A stretch of DNA of 52,518 nucleotides. Origin: Myxococcota bacterium. GTDB taxonomy: Bacteria > Myxococcota > JACRCW01. Both the position numbers and the translations under genes were made by a program. The notes beneath the pieces are model-generated. The model was given only the letters and a program-made list of their open reading frames with translations, ran no database searches and was not told where the DNA came from. Location: contig JBFMGU010000043.1 of the NCBI GenBank assembly GCA_040752415.1, positions 1-52,518 of the forward strand, read 5' to 3'. Below are positions 8,074-16,970 of the stretch, piece after piece (position 1 is the first letter of the stretch; each line of letters starts with the position of its first letter).

Positions 8074-10602
8074 ATGTTCACGCACCCGCCCCGGACTCCG
8101 GGGAGCGCGGCGCTGCGTCCGCAAAACGTCCTCGCGGTTACCGTGTTGCTGGCCTGCTCCCTGACGTGGATGGGAGCAGCGCAGGCCGCGGAGCTCACCT
8201 TCACGCCCGTGGCGGATGCCTACGTGCGACAGGACCTGCCCAGCTCCAACTTCGGCACCGGCACCACCCTCAACGTCGACAACCGGCCCGTGCAGCACAT
8301 CTTCCTGAAGTTCGTGGTCACGGGAGTTGGGGCGGCAAGCGTCAGCAACGCCACGCTCATGCTCTACAACGTGGACTCCTCGACGCACGGCGGCACCTTC
8401 TTCCGCGTGGCCGACAGCTCCTGGCAGGAGACCACGGTGACCTGGCAGAACGCGCCACCCGCGGATGCCACGGCGCTGGCGTCGCTGGGGTCGGTCAGCG
8501 TCGGCCGGTGGTACCAGGTGGATCTCACGTCAATGATCACGCGTGATGGGACCTACAGCCTGCGCATCACGTCGTCATCCAGCAACGGCGCCGACTTCGC
8601 CTCGCGCGAGCGCGGTGCCACCACCGCCCCACAACTGAAGGTCACCCTTGGCGGTGCGGGTCACGCTCTCACGGTGGGCAAGGTGGGCTCGGGCACCGTG
8701 GTGAGCACGCCGGCGGGCATCAACTGCGGCGCCACCTGCTCGACGAGCTTCCCGGATGGCACCGCGGTGACACTCACCGCCACCGCTGCTTCGGGCTGGG
8801 CCTTCGAAACGTGGTCGGGAGACTGCACCGGGCGCGACCCGTGCACGGTCACCATGAGCGTCGACCACGCGGTGACGGCGCAATTCATCCCGTTGCAGGG
8901 TGCGGTGAGCTTTGCCGCGGCGGGAGACCACGGCGCCAACTCCGCCGCCGCCGCCAGCCTGGCAACCCTCGACGCGTCGGGCGTGCAGTTCTACCTGGCC
9001 CTGGGAGACCTGGATTACGACGAGACCTCCAGCGACGCAGCGTGGTGCGACTACGTCATGTCCCGCCTCCCCACGCTGGGACCCACGTTTCCTTTCGAGC
9101 TGGTGGCCGGCAACCACGAGGAACAGGGCGGCCCCGACGGATACATCCTCAACCACGCGGCGTGCCTGCCCCACCGTCTCGGCACAACCCTCAGCTCCCC
9201 GCAACAATACGGCGCGGAGTACTACTTTGACGCTCCGTCATCGTCGCCACTGGTGCGGGTGATCCTCATCTCACCAGGCCTCACCGTCGAGGACGTGACC
9301 TATTCCTACAACGCCGGAACGTCCCACCATCAATGGCTGGCCCAGGTCATCGACGAAGCACGGGGGCAGGGAATCCCGTGGGTCGTGGTGGGCATGCACA
9401 TGATCTGCATCTCCACCGGCCCCATGTCCTGCGGCACGGGAAACGACCTGATGAACCTGCTGATCGGGAAGAAGGTCGACCTGGTCCTCCACGCGCATGA
9501 GCGCAACTACCAGCGGAGCAGGCAACTGGCGCTCAATCCCTCCACCTGCCCGGCCATGAGCACCGAGAACTTCCGCTCCGGCTGCATCGTCGACGACGGG
9601 GCGGACGGAACCTACACGCAGGGCGCGGGAACCGTGCTGGTGATTGCCGGGACCTTCGGGCAGACGTTGCGCTCGCTGGACTCCTCGGACCCGGAAGCGG
9701 GGTACTTCGCGGCGACGAGCGCAGCCAGTCACGGGATCGTGCGCTACGCGGTCACGCGGGACCGGCTGGAAGCGCAGTTCCTCCCTTCCAGCGGGAGCTT
9801 CACGGACCGCTTCTCCATCGTCTCGACGCAGCCACCCGCGGAAGACACCGACGCGCCGTCCGCGACGATTACCTCGCCCGCCGCCGGCGCCACGGTCTCC
9901 GGCACGGTGAACGTCCTGGTCTCCGCTTCCGACGACACCGGCGTGAGCCGCGTGGAGCTCGCCGTCGACGGCGCCTCCCCGGTCACTGACTCGTCCGCTC
10001 CCTACTCGTTCTCCTGGAACACCACCACGGTGACCAATGGGAGCCACACCCTGCTGGCCCGGGCCTTCGACGCCGCGGGCAACGTGGGCAACTCGTCGGT
10101 GACGGTGACGGTGGACAACAGCGTGCGGTCGGTCCTGGAGTTCACGCCGGATGCAGACACGTTCGTGCAGGGCGACAAGTCGAGCACCAACTTCGGGACG
10201 TCGACAGAGATCGCGGTGGACAGCTCGCCGCAGCAGCACGGGCTGATCCGGATCGTTGTCTCGGGAGTGGGGAGCCGGCGGGTGGAGAGCGCGCGCCTCC
10301 GCCTCTTCTGCGTCAACAGCTCCGCGCGGGGCGGGGATTTCTTCGTCGTCCCGTCGGACACGTGGCAGGAGTCGACGGTGACGTGGGCCAATGCTCCCGC
10401 GGCCAGCTCCAGCGCCATTGCCTCGGTGGGCGCGGTGACGAGCGGCTCGTGGGTGGACGTCGACGTGACGTCGCTGGTGACGGCGGATGGCACCTACAGC
10501 CTGCGCATCACCACCCCCTCGTCGGACGGCGTGGACTACACCTCGCGGGAGGGCGCCACCGCGTCCCGTCCCCGCCTCGTGGTGACCCTGGCGCCGCAGT
10601 GA
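8074..10602 (+). CDS. Secreted metallophosphoesterase (purple-acid-phosphatase-like) with two DNRLRE/CBM96-like domains, an InlB-B-type repeat and an Ig-like domain
   Basis: AGGAG RBS and signal peptide. ADAYV...NFG...WQETTVTW.NAP...SRE..P.L domains at both ends. GDHG, GDLDY, GNHE, AHERNY motifs. DTDAPSATITSP..ARAFDAAGN Ig domain. Confidence 0.85.
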   Translation: MFTHPPRTPGSAALRPQNVLAVTVLLACSLTWMGAAQAAELTFTPVADAYVRQDLPSSNFGTGTTLNVDNRPVQHIFLKFVVTGVGAASVSNATLMLYNVDSSTHGGTFFRVADSSWQETTVTWQNAPPADATALASLGSVSVGRWYQVDLTSMITRDGTYSLRITSSSSNGADFASRERGATTAPQLKVTLGGAGHALTVGKVGSGTVVSTPAGINCGATCSTSFPDGTAVTLTATAASGWAFETWSGDCTGRDPCTVTMSVDHAVTAQFIPLQGAVSFAAAGDHGANSAAAASLATLDASGVQFYLALGDLDYDETSSDAAWCDYVMSRLPTLGPTFPFELVAGNHEEQGGPDGYILNHAACLPHRLGTTLSSPQQYGAEYYFDAPSSSPLVRVILISPGLTVEDVTYSYNAGTSHHQWLAQVIDEARGQGIPWVVVGMHMICISTGPMSCGTGNDLMNLLIGKKVDLVLHAHERNYQRSRQLALNPSTCPAMSTENFRSGCIVDDGADGTYTQGAGTVLVIAGTFGQTLRSLDSSDPEAGYFAATSAASHGIVRYAVTRDRLEAQFLPSSGSFTDRFSIVSTQPPAEDTDAPSATITSPAAGATVSGTVNVLVSASDDTGVSRVELAVDGASPVTDSSAPYSFSWNTTTVTNGSHTLLARAFDAAGNVGNSSVTVTVDNSVRSVLEFTPDADTFVQGDKSSTNFGTSTEIAVDSSPQQHGLIRIVVSGVGSRRVESARLRLFCVNSSARGGDFFVVPSDTWQESTVTWANAPAASSSAIASVGAVTSGSWVDVDVTSLVTADGTYSLRITTPSSDGVDYTSREGATASRPRLVVTLAPQ

Positions 10603-10822
10603 GGGCGCCACCCAATCCCCAGGACAAGTCCCTGCCAATCAGATTGGCAGGCAGCAGGAAGGTTCAAGTCCTGCTCACCACTTGGCCGAAGGACGGGTTT
10701 CGCAGGACTGCCAGTGAAGGGCCTTGCCCTCGTTCATCCCCTGCTCGTCGACTCGGGGGCTTGAGCACGGACCGCACGACCACCGACGGTCGCGCTTCGC
10801 CACACCCGCATGACAGCAAGTC

Positions 10823-10854
10823 AGGGCGCCACCCGGTCCTCGCAGTGGCGCCCT
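10823..10854. terminator. GC-rich hairpin just downstream of the slipin gene (possible terminator)
   Basis: AGGGCGCCAC-12nt-GTGGCGCCCT, 6 nt beyond the slipin stop; no clear U-tract. Confidence 0.35.
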
Positions 10855-10860
10855 CCGTTG

Positions 10861-11943
10861 TCACGGCACCTTCAGTTGCAGGCTGGGCAGCCCATCTTCA
10901 CCCAGGAACAGGTGGACGTTGCCAACCTTGCCCGCCAGCTCCTTGTAGGCCTCCAGCTCCTTGAGGCGCACCAGCAGCGGCTGCTCGTCGAGGAGCTTGG
11001 CGGTCTGCGCCAGTGAACGCGTGGCCGCCGTCTCCTCGCGACGCATGATCACATTGGCCTCCGCCACCTTCTGCGCCTCCACCACCTTGTTCATCAGCTC
11101 CTTGATGTCGCCGGGCAGGATGACGTCCTTGAGACCCAGGGAGATCACCTTGAGTCCCAACGCCTGCGCGCGCGTGGCCACGTCGGCGAGCAGCTCCTCA
11201 CCCAGCGTCTCCCGCGTGGCCAACAGCGTGTCCAGCGTCCGCACTGCCACCGCGTCGCGCACGGCCAGCTGCGCGGCCAGGTACAGCGCCTCGTCGGCAT
11301 CCTTGGCCACGGTGGCCATGACGCGCGGATCCGCGATGTGGAACACCACGCTCACGTTGAGACGCAGGCTCACACGGTCCTTGGTCATGACCTCCTGGCC
11401 CTGGATGCTGAGCACGCGCTCACGCAGGTCCACCACCGGCAGGTTCACCGCGCTCAGCGTCTGCCACGCCGCGTGACGACCCGCCGGCAGCACATCCACC
11501 AGCGCACCGTCGATGTAACGCAGCGCCACGCAACCCTCGGGCACGGTGACCTCCACGTAGTCGGCGCCGGGCGCCAGCTTGCGCACCTGGGGATCCAGCG
11601 GACGCGTGAGCGCCACGCTCGTGTCGTAGATTTCCACCGTCACGGCGGGGTCCACGGTCAGCACGTGGTGACGCCCGGGCTTGAGCCACACCACCGGCTT
11701 GCCCGCCACGCTCACCACGCCGCGCTCGTGCGACTTGAGGTTCACCTCGCGCAGCTCCGTGGCCGGCGCCAGCGCAGCCTCCTCGGGACGCAGCTCCGCC
11801 ACCAACGCTTCCACGTTGAGACGGTGCACCTTCACCTTGGAGAAGGGCCGCAGCACCAGGTGGCGTCCGGGACCCAGCCAGCGCACCGGCTTGCCGTCCA
11901 CGTGCAGCACCACCCGCTCATTCACTTCCACATGCACCAACAT
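10861..11943 (-). CDS. Slipin-family SPFH/band 7 domain protein
   Basis: AGGAGG RBS before ATG 11943. Repeated N-terminal 'L.PGRH' units, then VDLRERVLSIQGQEVMTKDRVSLRLN, KDVILPG, ANVIMRREETAATRSL. Confidence 0.9.
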   Translation of the reverse strand: MLVHVEVNERVVLHVDGKPVRWLGPGRHLVLRPFSKVKVHRLNVEALVAELRPEEAALAPATELREVNLKSHERGVVSVAGKPVVWLKPGRHHVLTVDPAVTVEIYDTSVALTRPLDPQVRKLAPGADYVEVTVPEGCVALRYIDGALVDVLPAGRHAAWQTLSAVNLPVVDLRERVLSIQGQEVMTKDRVSLRLNVSVVFHIADPRVMATVAKDADEALYLAAQLAVRDAVAVRTLDTLLATRETLGEELLADVATRAQALGLKVISLGLKDVILPGDIKELMNKVVEAQKVAEANVIMRREETAATRSLAQTAKLLDEQPLLVRLKELEAYKELAGKVGNVHLFLGEDGLPSLQLKVP

Positions 11944-12208
11944 GTTGCACCTCCTGCTTTCCTGGCGTTGTTCCGCCGCAACGAAGACCGCGCCGCTGGG
12001 CCCCGCCATCACCCCGTCCCCTCCGCACGACGACACCAACCTGCCCCGCCGACGCGATGCCACGCACGGAGGCGCACGCGCGACGTTTCCCGTCGGGAAA
12101 TGACCGGGAAGGCCGGGCGGATGCCCTGGTGGAATGGATGGCGACGTCAGGAGCCGATCAGATGTCGACGTCCGTGATGATGGAAGTTCCCATACAGCGC
12201 GGTCCCCT

Positions 12209-12283
12209 TGGTTGCGTTGAGCGGAGTCGAACCGCCGTCATTCTGATTCTCAATCAGATGCTCTCCCACTGAGCTACATCGCG
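12209..12283 (-). tRNA. Atypical tRNA / tRNA-like RNA, anticodon GAG (nominally Leu), short variable arm, encoded CCA
   Basis: Minus strand reads CGCGATG TA GCTC AGTGGGA GAGC A TCTGA TTGAGAA TCAGA ATGAC GGCGG TTCGACT CCGCT CAACGCA ACCA (75 nt). D, anticodon and T arms pair well. The acceptor stem has C1:A72 and A5:A68 mismatches. Confidence 0.8.
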
Positions 12284-12447
12284 AGGCTCCATCAGCCCCA
12301 TCCCTCCCGTTGGGAGCAGGACGCTGCAAACAAGAACGTTCCAACGGAACCCGGCAGGCACGCGTCCTTCTCGGACATGCCCGTCGGGCCATGGCGACGC
12401 TGCTGAGCGCTGCACAGGATGACGCCGATAGTGCGAGCCGGCACCCG

Positions 12448-12463
12448 AGCAACGTGCGTGCCA
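12448..12463 (-). promoter_or_regulatory. Sigma54 (-24/-12) promoter pointing at the tRNA-like RNA and slipin
   Basis: Minus strand TGGCAC-GCACG-TTGCT, an exact match to TGGCAC-N5-TTGC(W). Confidence 0.75.
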
Positions 12464-12593
12464 CGTCATTTCCCGAGGGGAGCATGGCGCGCGCACCGCG
12501 TACGAACAGGACAGCGCTGTCACGGATGCCGGGGCGCGGGACGGAAAAACGTCACGGCCCAATCCAAGCGGCGCAGGCGTTTATCCCGCCGTA

Positions 12594-13826
12594 TCACTCC
12601 GACGAGATGTCACCACCGAGCGCGGTGATGACCTCCCGGCATTCCGCGGCCGCCGCCCCGTCCGCCGCCTCGCACGCCAGCAACGCGCGACAGTGTCCCA
12701 CCGTGCGCTCCGCGTTGAGCACGTTCCGGTAGTGCTGCACCAGCCACACGTGTGCGGTGCACAGTCGGGAGTCCAACAGCAGTGCATTCTCACACGCACC
12801 CGCTCCCAGCTCGACGAGACCGGCCTGGAACGCGCCCGCGCACACGGCCAGGTGGGCCTGCGCGTCGGTGGGGTTGTTGCGCACGTGGTCCAGGCTGGCC
12901 CGCAGCGCACCGGCCATCAGCGCGTGGCACGAATACGTGCGCTGCACCCCGGCAAGACACTCCGGGTCCCGCGGCGCCGTCGAGAGACACGCCATGTAGT
13001 GCGCCATGGCCCCGTCGCAGCGGGACTGGTTCTCCAACGCGGCGCCCAGGTTTCCGTGGCACTGTCGCGCCTCTCGGGAATCCGGCGGGGCCAGCTCCAC
13101 GCACCGCGTGAGTCGCTCCTCCGCCCGCGCCAGGTGCGCACGCCGCGCGTTCTCCGTCGGTGCGTAGCGCGCCCGCGTCAGCTCCACATAGCCCAGCAGG
13201 GACCACGCCCGGGGCTGACGCGGGTCGATCTCGAGGAGACGACGCAGCTGATCGTCAGCCAGCGCGTAGCGCTCCTCGGCGTCGGCGAACGTGCTGCGCA
13301 GCACCTGCGGGTCGGCCCAGTTGGCGTGGTGGGCATCCATCCACTGCTGGCCCGCCACCATCTCCACGTCGCCCTGGCGGACATGCGCGGTGGCCAGGTT
13401 GAGCCGCGCGTCGACGTAGCCGGGGTTGATGTCCAACGCGCTGCGGAACAGCTGGATGGCCTCGTCGTAGCGTTGGTCCTGCTCCATCAGGAGCGCGCCC
13501 AGGTTGTTGCGGGCCTCGGCAAAGTCGTTGCGGTAGCGGATGGCGCGCTTGTACCAGTCCCGCGCTTCCATGAAGTTGCCGCGCAGGTTGTACTGCACGC
13601 CCATGAGGTTCGTGCACTCGGGATTGGCGCGGTCGTATTCCAGGCACAGCCGACAGCGCGTGTACGCCGCGTCGAGGTCACGCTTCTCCAGGTAGTCCCG
13701 ACACGCCGCCATGTGACGGTCCCGCTCGTCGGTGTTGGTGGGCCCGGTGGCGTGCCGACAGCTGGTTCCCGTCGTGGAGAGCGCCACCAGCGTGGTGATG
13801 AGGGTGCGCAACAGGAGTGAACGCAT
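12594..13826 (-). CDS. TPR-repeat lipoprotein (PilF/Tgl-like N-terminus)
   Basis: GGAGGAG RBS. Signal peptide ending TGTSC. TPR motifs (AEARNNLGALL, ALDINPGYVDARLNLA). Confidence 0.8.
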   Translation of the reverse strand: MRSLLLRTLITTLVALSTTGTSCRHATGPTNTDERDRHMAACRDYLEKRDLDAAYTRCRLCLEYDRANPECTNLMGVQYNLRGNFMEARDWYKRAIRYRNDFAEARNNLGALLMEQDQRYDEAIQLFRSALDINPGYVDARLNLATAHVRQGDVEMVAGQQWMDAHHANWADPQVLRSTFADAEERYALADDQLRRLLEIDPRQPRAWSLLGYVELTRARYAPTENARRAHLARAEERLTRCVELAPPDSREARQCHGNLGAALENQSRCDGAMAHYMACLSTAPRDPECLAGVQRTYSCHALMAGALRASLDHVRNNPTDAQAHLAVCAGAFQAGLVELGAGACENALLLDSRLCTAHVWLVQHYRNVLNAERTVGHCRALLACEAADGAAAAECREVITALGGDISSE

Positions 13827-14018
13827 GGCTCCTCCGCGCAGCACGACGAGGGGCCGTGCCGCGGGTTCAAAGCCCGGCGCATTTGGACAGACGGGGGATG
13901 CCACGGTCCCGACGTGGGGCCGCGCCATCACCCGCGTGCTCAAGGGCTGGGCGTGTTTCTGCTCTCGGCCCCGGTGGGCCACTTCGGATGCAACTCGACG
14001 TAGGCGATATCGGTTGCG

Positions 14019-14034
14019 TGGCGGAGGGGTTGCG
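14019..14034 (+). promoter_or_regulatory. Possible sigma54 promoter for the hemerythrin-domain gene
   Basis: TGGCGG-AGGGG-TTGCG with correct GG-N10-GC spacing, ~95 nt upstream of ATG 14129. Confidence 0.3.
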
Positions 14035-14128
14035 TGGCCTGGGGAGATCCCTGGTTGCCGACGGAGCTCACGGTGCGGGGCATGCCGCTTGCTCCGACGG
14101 GCGCGGTCGGAAGGGCCAGGAGCGCGAC

Positions 14129-14566
14129 ATGCCGCGGACAACCCAGGAAACGTGTGCGTTGGTTCTCGAGGAGCACCGCCTCTTGCGCAAGCGCATGGAT
14201 GCGCTGGAGGAGCTCATGCAGCAGCCTTCCCACCACGCCACGCTGCGCGCGGAGGGTCTCTCCTTCCTGGTGCAGCTGGGAGTCCACCTGAACGCGGAGG
14301 AGGCCCTGCTGCTTCCACTCATCCGCGCCCTTCCCACCCTCGGAGAACCGTGCGGGGAACGGTTGACGGAGGAGCACCGCAGCCAACGTCGCGACATGCT
14401 GGAGTTGCGCACCCTCCTGCTGCGCGCGGACACCTCGGGCGCGGCCGTGGCCAAGCTGCTGCGCACCTTCATCCGCGGGCTCCGCATGGACATGGCCCAG
14501 GAGGAGGAGGGCATCCTGCGCGAGGTCTCGTTGGAGCTTTCCGACAACGAGAGCGTGGCAAGCTGA
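14129..14566 (+). CDS. Hemerythrin/HHE cation-binding domain protein
   Basis: AGGAG RBS; EEHRLL, HLNAEE..LLP, EEHRSQ, MAQEEEGIL pattern. Confidence 0.75.
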   Translation: MPRTTQETCALVLEEHRLLRKRMDALEELMQQPSHHATLRAEGLSFLVQLGVHLNAEEALLLPLIRALPTLGEPCGERLTEEHRSQRRDMLELRTLLLRADTSGAAVAKLLRTFIRGLRMDMAQEEEGILREVSLELSDNESVAS

Positions 14567-14882
14567 GGCGGAATCTTTTGCGGCGAGGGTGCAGCCGTTG
14601 CGGAGGAGGTGCAATGGTGGAACGCAGTGCTCGCGCCACGCCCCGGGGATGTCGGGACGCGGCTCCGCGCGCCGCCGCTGCGCTTCCTCGGAGGAACACC
14701 GCCTCCGCGGTGACGTCGTCACCCGGTGAGGCCGGGCGCTTTTGCACGCCGCCACGCGCGCGGGTGGCGTCGCCGCGGAGCGGTTCCCCTGCACCGGAGC
14801 CCACCGAGTGGACCGGGCGTTGGGGCGGCTCTACAGTGACGTGAGCGGCAACCGTTGCGCGCCGCCTGGAGTGGGGGGACGG

Positions 14883-16688
14883 ATGAAGCTTGAACCCGCG
14901 CCCGCGGATTCTGATCCGTGGCTGGCGGAGCGGTTCCGACGTCAGAAGTGGCTCTCCTGGCTGACCGCCGCGTGCTGGGCCGCTTTCGTCGTCAGCAACC
15001 TGCTGCGCGGGCGCACCATCAACACCATCATTGACGCTGCCGCGTGTGTGGCCACGTTGGCCGCCTGGGCGTGGGCCAGTCGTGCGCCCGCGCAGCGCCT
15101 GACCGTGTGCAGCGACCTGGTGCTGCTGGCCTCGTCGTTGGCGCTGGCTTCGGCGGGCGCGGTGGGCGGCCAGTCGCGCTCCGTGGCGCTGTGGTACCTG
15201 GTCGCGGTTCCGCTGGTGGCCGCCTACAGCGTGGGCGTGCGGTCAGCACTGCAGTGGGTGGGCGTGTGCGTGGCCTTGTATGCCGGCGTCCACGTCGTCG
15301 AGCTCAGCGACGCGGTGCCGCAGGAGTTCGTCCCCGCCCCCGCCGAGATCCTCGTGGGCCGGACCATCCTCATGGTGCTGCTGGCGGCCTACGCCATCTC
15401 CGCCCGCCGCGCCGCGGACCTCCACGTGGCGGCGTTGCGGGCCCAGGAGCAGTTGGCGAGGGCGCAAGCGGAAGCTGTCAGTCGCCAGGCCGCGGAGCTG
15501 GCGCTGGCACGGGACGAGGCGCTGGCCGCGGCGCGCGCCAAGAGCGCCTTCCTTGCCGCCATGAGCCACGAGGTGCGGACGCCGCTCAACGCAATCATCG
15601 GCATGGCGGAGATGCTGGGACGCGGCCCGCTCACCGAGGAGCAGCGACGCATGCTCTCCACCGCCGAACGCGCCGGACGCGCGCTGGTGGCCGTGGTCGA
15701 CGACGTGCTGCAGTTCTCCAAGCTGGAGGCGGGCGGTGGCCAGAGCCATGCCGCGCCCTTCAACCTCACCCGCTGCGTCGACGACGTGGTGGCGCTCTTC
15801 GAGCCGCTGGCGCGGGAACGCGGCCTCCAGCTGCGCATCCAGCGCGCGCACGGCGTGGCGGAGCGCATCCTCGGCGACGAGCAGCGACTCCGGCAGGTGT
15901 TGGTCAACCTGGTGGCCAACGCCATCAAGTTCACCGACGTGGGTGAGGTCACGGTGACCGTGGGCCCGGGTCCCGCGGGAGTGCAGTTCGAGGTGCGCGA
16001 CACCGGCATCGGCATCGACCCCGCCGGTCAGGCCCAGCTCTTCACGCCCTTCACGCAGCTGGACAACGGCCTGGCGCGGCGTCGGGGAGGAACCGGCCTG
16101 GGCCTGGCCATCAGCCGCCGCCTCGTCGAGCTGATGGGTGGCACCATCCAGCTGGAGAGCACACCGGGAGCCGGCAGCACCTTCCGCTTCAGCATCCCGG
16201 CTCCCCCCGCGCCGGACTCCGCGCCGGAACCGCAGCCGTCGGAGGAACCCACGGAGTCGCGCCCACCGCTGCGCGTGCTCCTGGTGGATGACAACGCCGC
16301 CAACCAGCTGGTGCTGGTCAGCATGCTGGAGCACCTGGGCTATCGCCCCGACGTGGCGGAGAGCGGTCATGATGCTCTCGCGGCCATCCGCGAACGCCGC
16401 TACGACGTGGTCCTGATGGACATGCAGATGCCGGAGATGGATGGGCTGGAAGCCACCCGCCAGCTGCATGCGATGCTCCCCAGAGAAGAGGTCCCGTGGG
16501 TGGTGGCATTGACCGCCAACGTGCTCGACGAGCAGCGCGCGCAATGCCTTGCCGCGGGCATGCACGACTTCCTGGCCAAGCCGGTGGACCTGCGCACGTT
16601 GGCTGAGGCCCTCAAGCGCGCGCCGCGCCGCTCCCCGCATGAAGGCCGTGCGGAAGCGGTCTCCGTGGTGGACCGCCAGGTCTCGTAG
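14883..16688 (+). CDS. Membrane-bound hybrid sensor histidine kinase/response regulator
   Basis: N-terminal TM helices. FLAAMSHEVRTPLNAI H-box. NLVANAIKFT, DTGIG, GGTGLGL. Receiver domain VLLVDD...LMDMQMPEMDG...LAKP. Confidence 0.93.
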   Translation: MKLEPAPADSDPWLAERFRRQKWLSWLTAACWAAFVVSNLLRGRTINTIIDAAACVATLAAWAWASRAPAQRLTVCSDLVLLASSLALASAGAVGGQSRSVALWYLVAVPLVAAYSVGVRSALQWVGVCVALYAGVHVVELSDAVPQEFVPAPAEILVGRTILMVLLAAYAISARRAADLHVAALRAQEQLARAQAEAVSRQAAELALARDEALAAARAKSAFLAAMSHEVRTPLNAIIGMAEMLGRGPLTEEQRRMLSTAERAGRALVAVVDDVLQFSKLEAGGGQSHAAPFNLTRCVDDVVALFEPLARERGLQLRIQRAHGVAERILGDEQRLRQVLVNLVANAIKFTDVGEVTVTVGPGPAGVQFEVRDTGIGIDPAGQAQLFTPFTQLDNGLARRRGGTGLGLAISRRLVELMGGTIQLESTPGAGSTFRFSIPAPPAPDSAPEPQPSEEPTESRPPLRVLLVDDNAANQLVLVSMLEHLGYRPDVAESGHDALAAIRERRYDVVLMDMQMPEMDGLEATRQLHAMLPREEVPWVVALTANVLDEQRAQCLAAGMHDFLAKPVDLRTLAEALKRAPRRSPHEGRAEAVSVVDRQVS

Positions 16689-16802
16689 GTCGGCGAAGGG
16701 TTCGGAGGTATCCGAAAAGGAAGTCAGAAGTCAGAAGGTGCTCGGCCTTCGTCGTCATGGACTCCGTTCTGATTTCCCGAAGACGTGTCGGAGAATACGC
16801 GC

Positions 16803-16970
16803 CACGAAACGGGTGAGCAGAGCAGCGGCGCCAAGCGCGTCACGAAACGGGTGAGCAGAGCAGCGGCGCCAAGCGCGTCACGAAACGGGTGAGCAGAGCA
16901 GCGGCGCCAAGCGCGTCACGAAACGGGTGAGCAGAGCAGCGGCGCCAAGCGCGTCACGAAACGGGTGAGC
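16803..16970. repeat. Tandem repeat, 4 identical 38-bp units plus a partial fifth
   Basis: CACGAAACGGGTGAGCAGAGCAGCGGCGCCAAGCGCGT at 16803, 16841, 16879 and 16917; partial copy at 16955. Confidence 0.95.

Noticed and set aside
10653..10680. Second tRNA (GGTTCAAGTCC...CACCA)
   Set aside because: No D arm, anticodon arm or 7-bp acceptor stem can be built; kept only as part of the structured-region finding.
10823..10854. HDV-like ribozyme suggested by the TCCTCGC loop
   Set aside because: The flanking P3 pairing and nested pseudoknot cannot be formed; a simple hairpin is sufficient.
16803..16970. Possible CRISPR array (38-bp periodicity)
   Set aside because: The units are contiguous and identical with no unique spacers, and there are no cas genes in the window.
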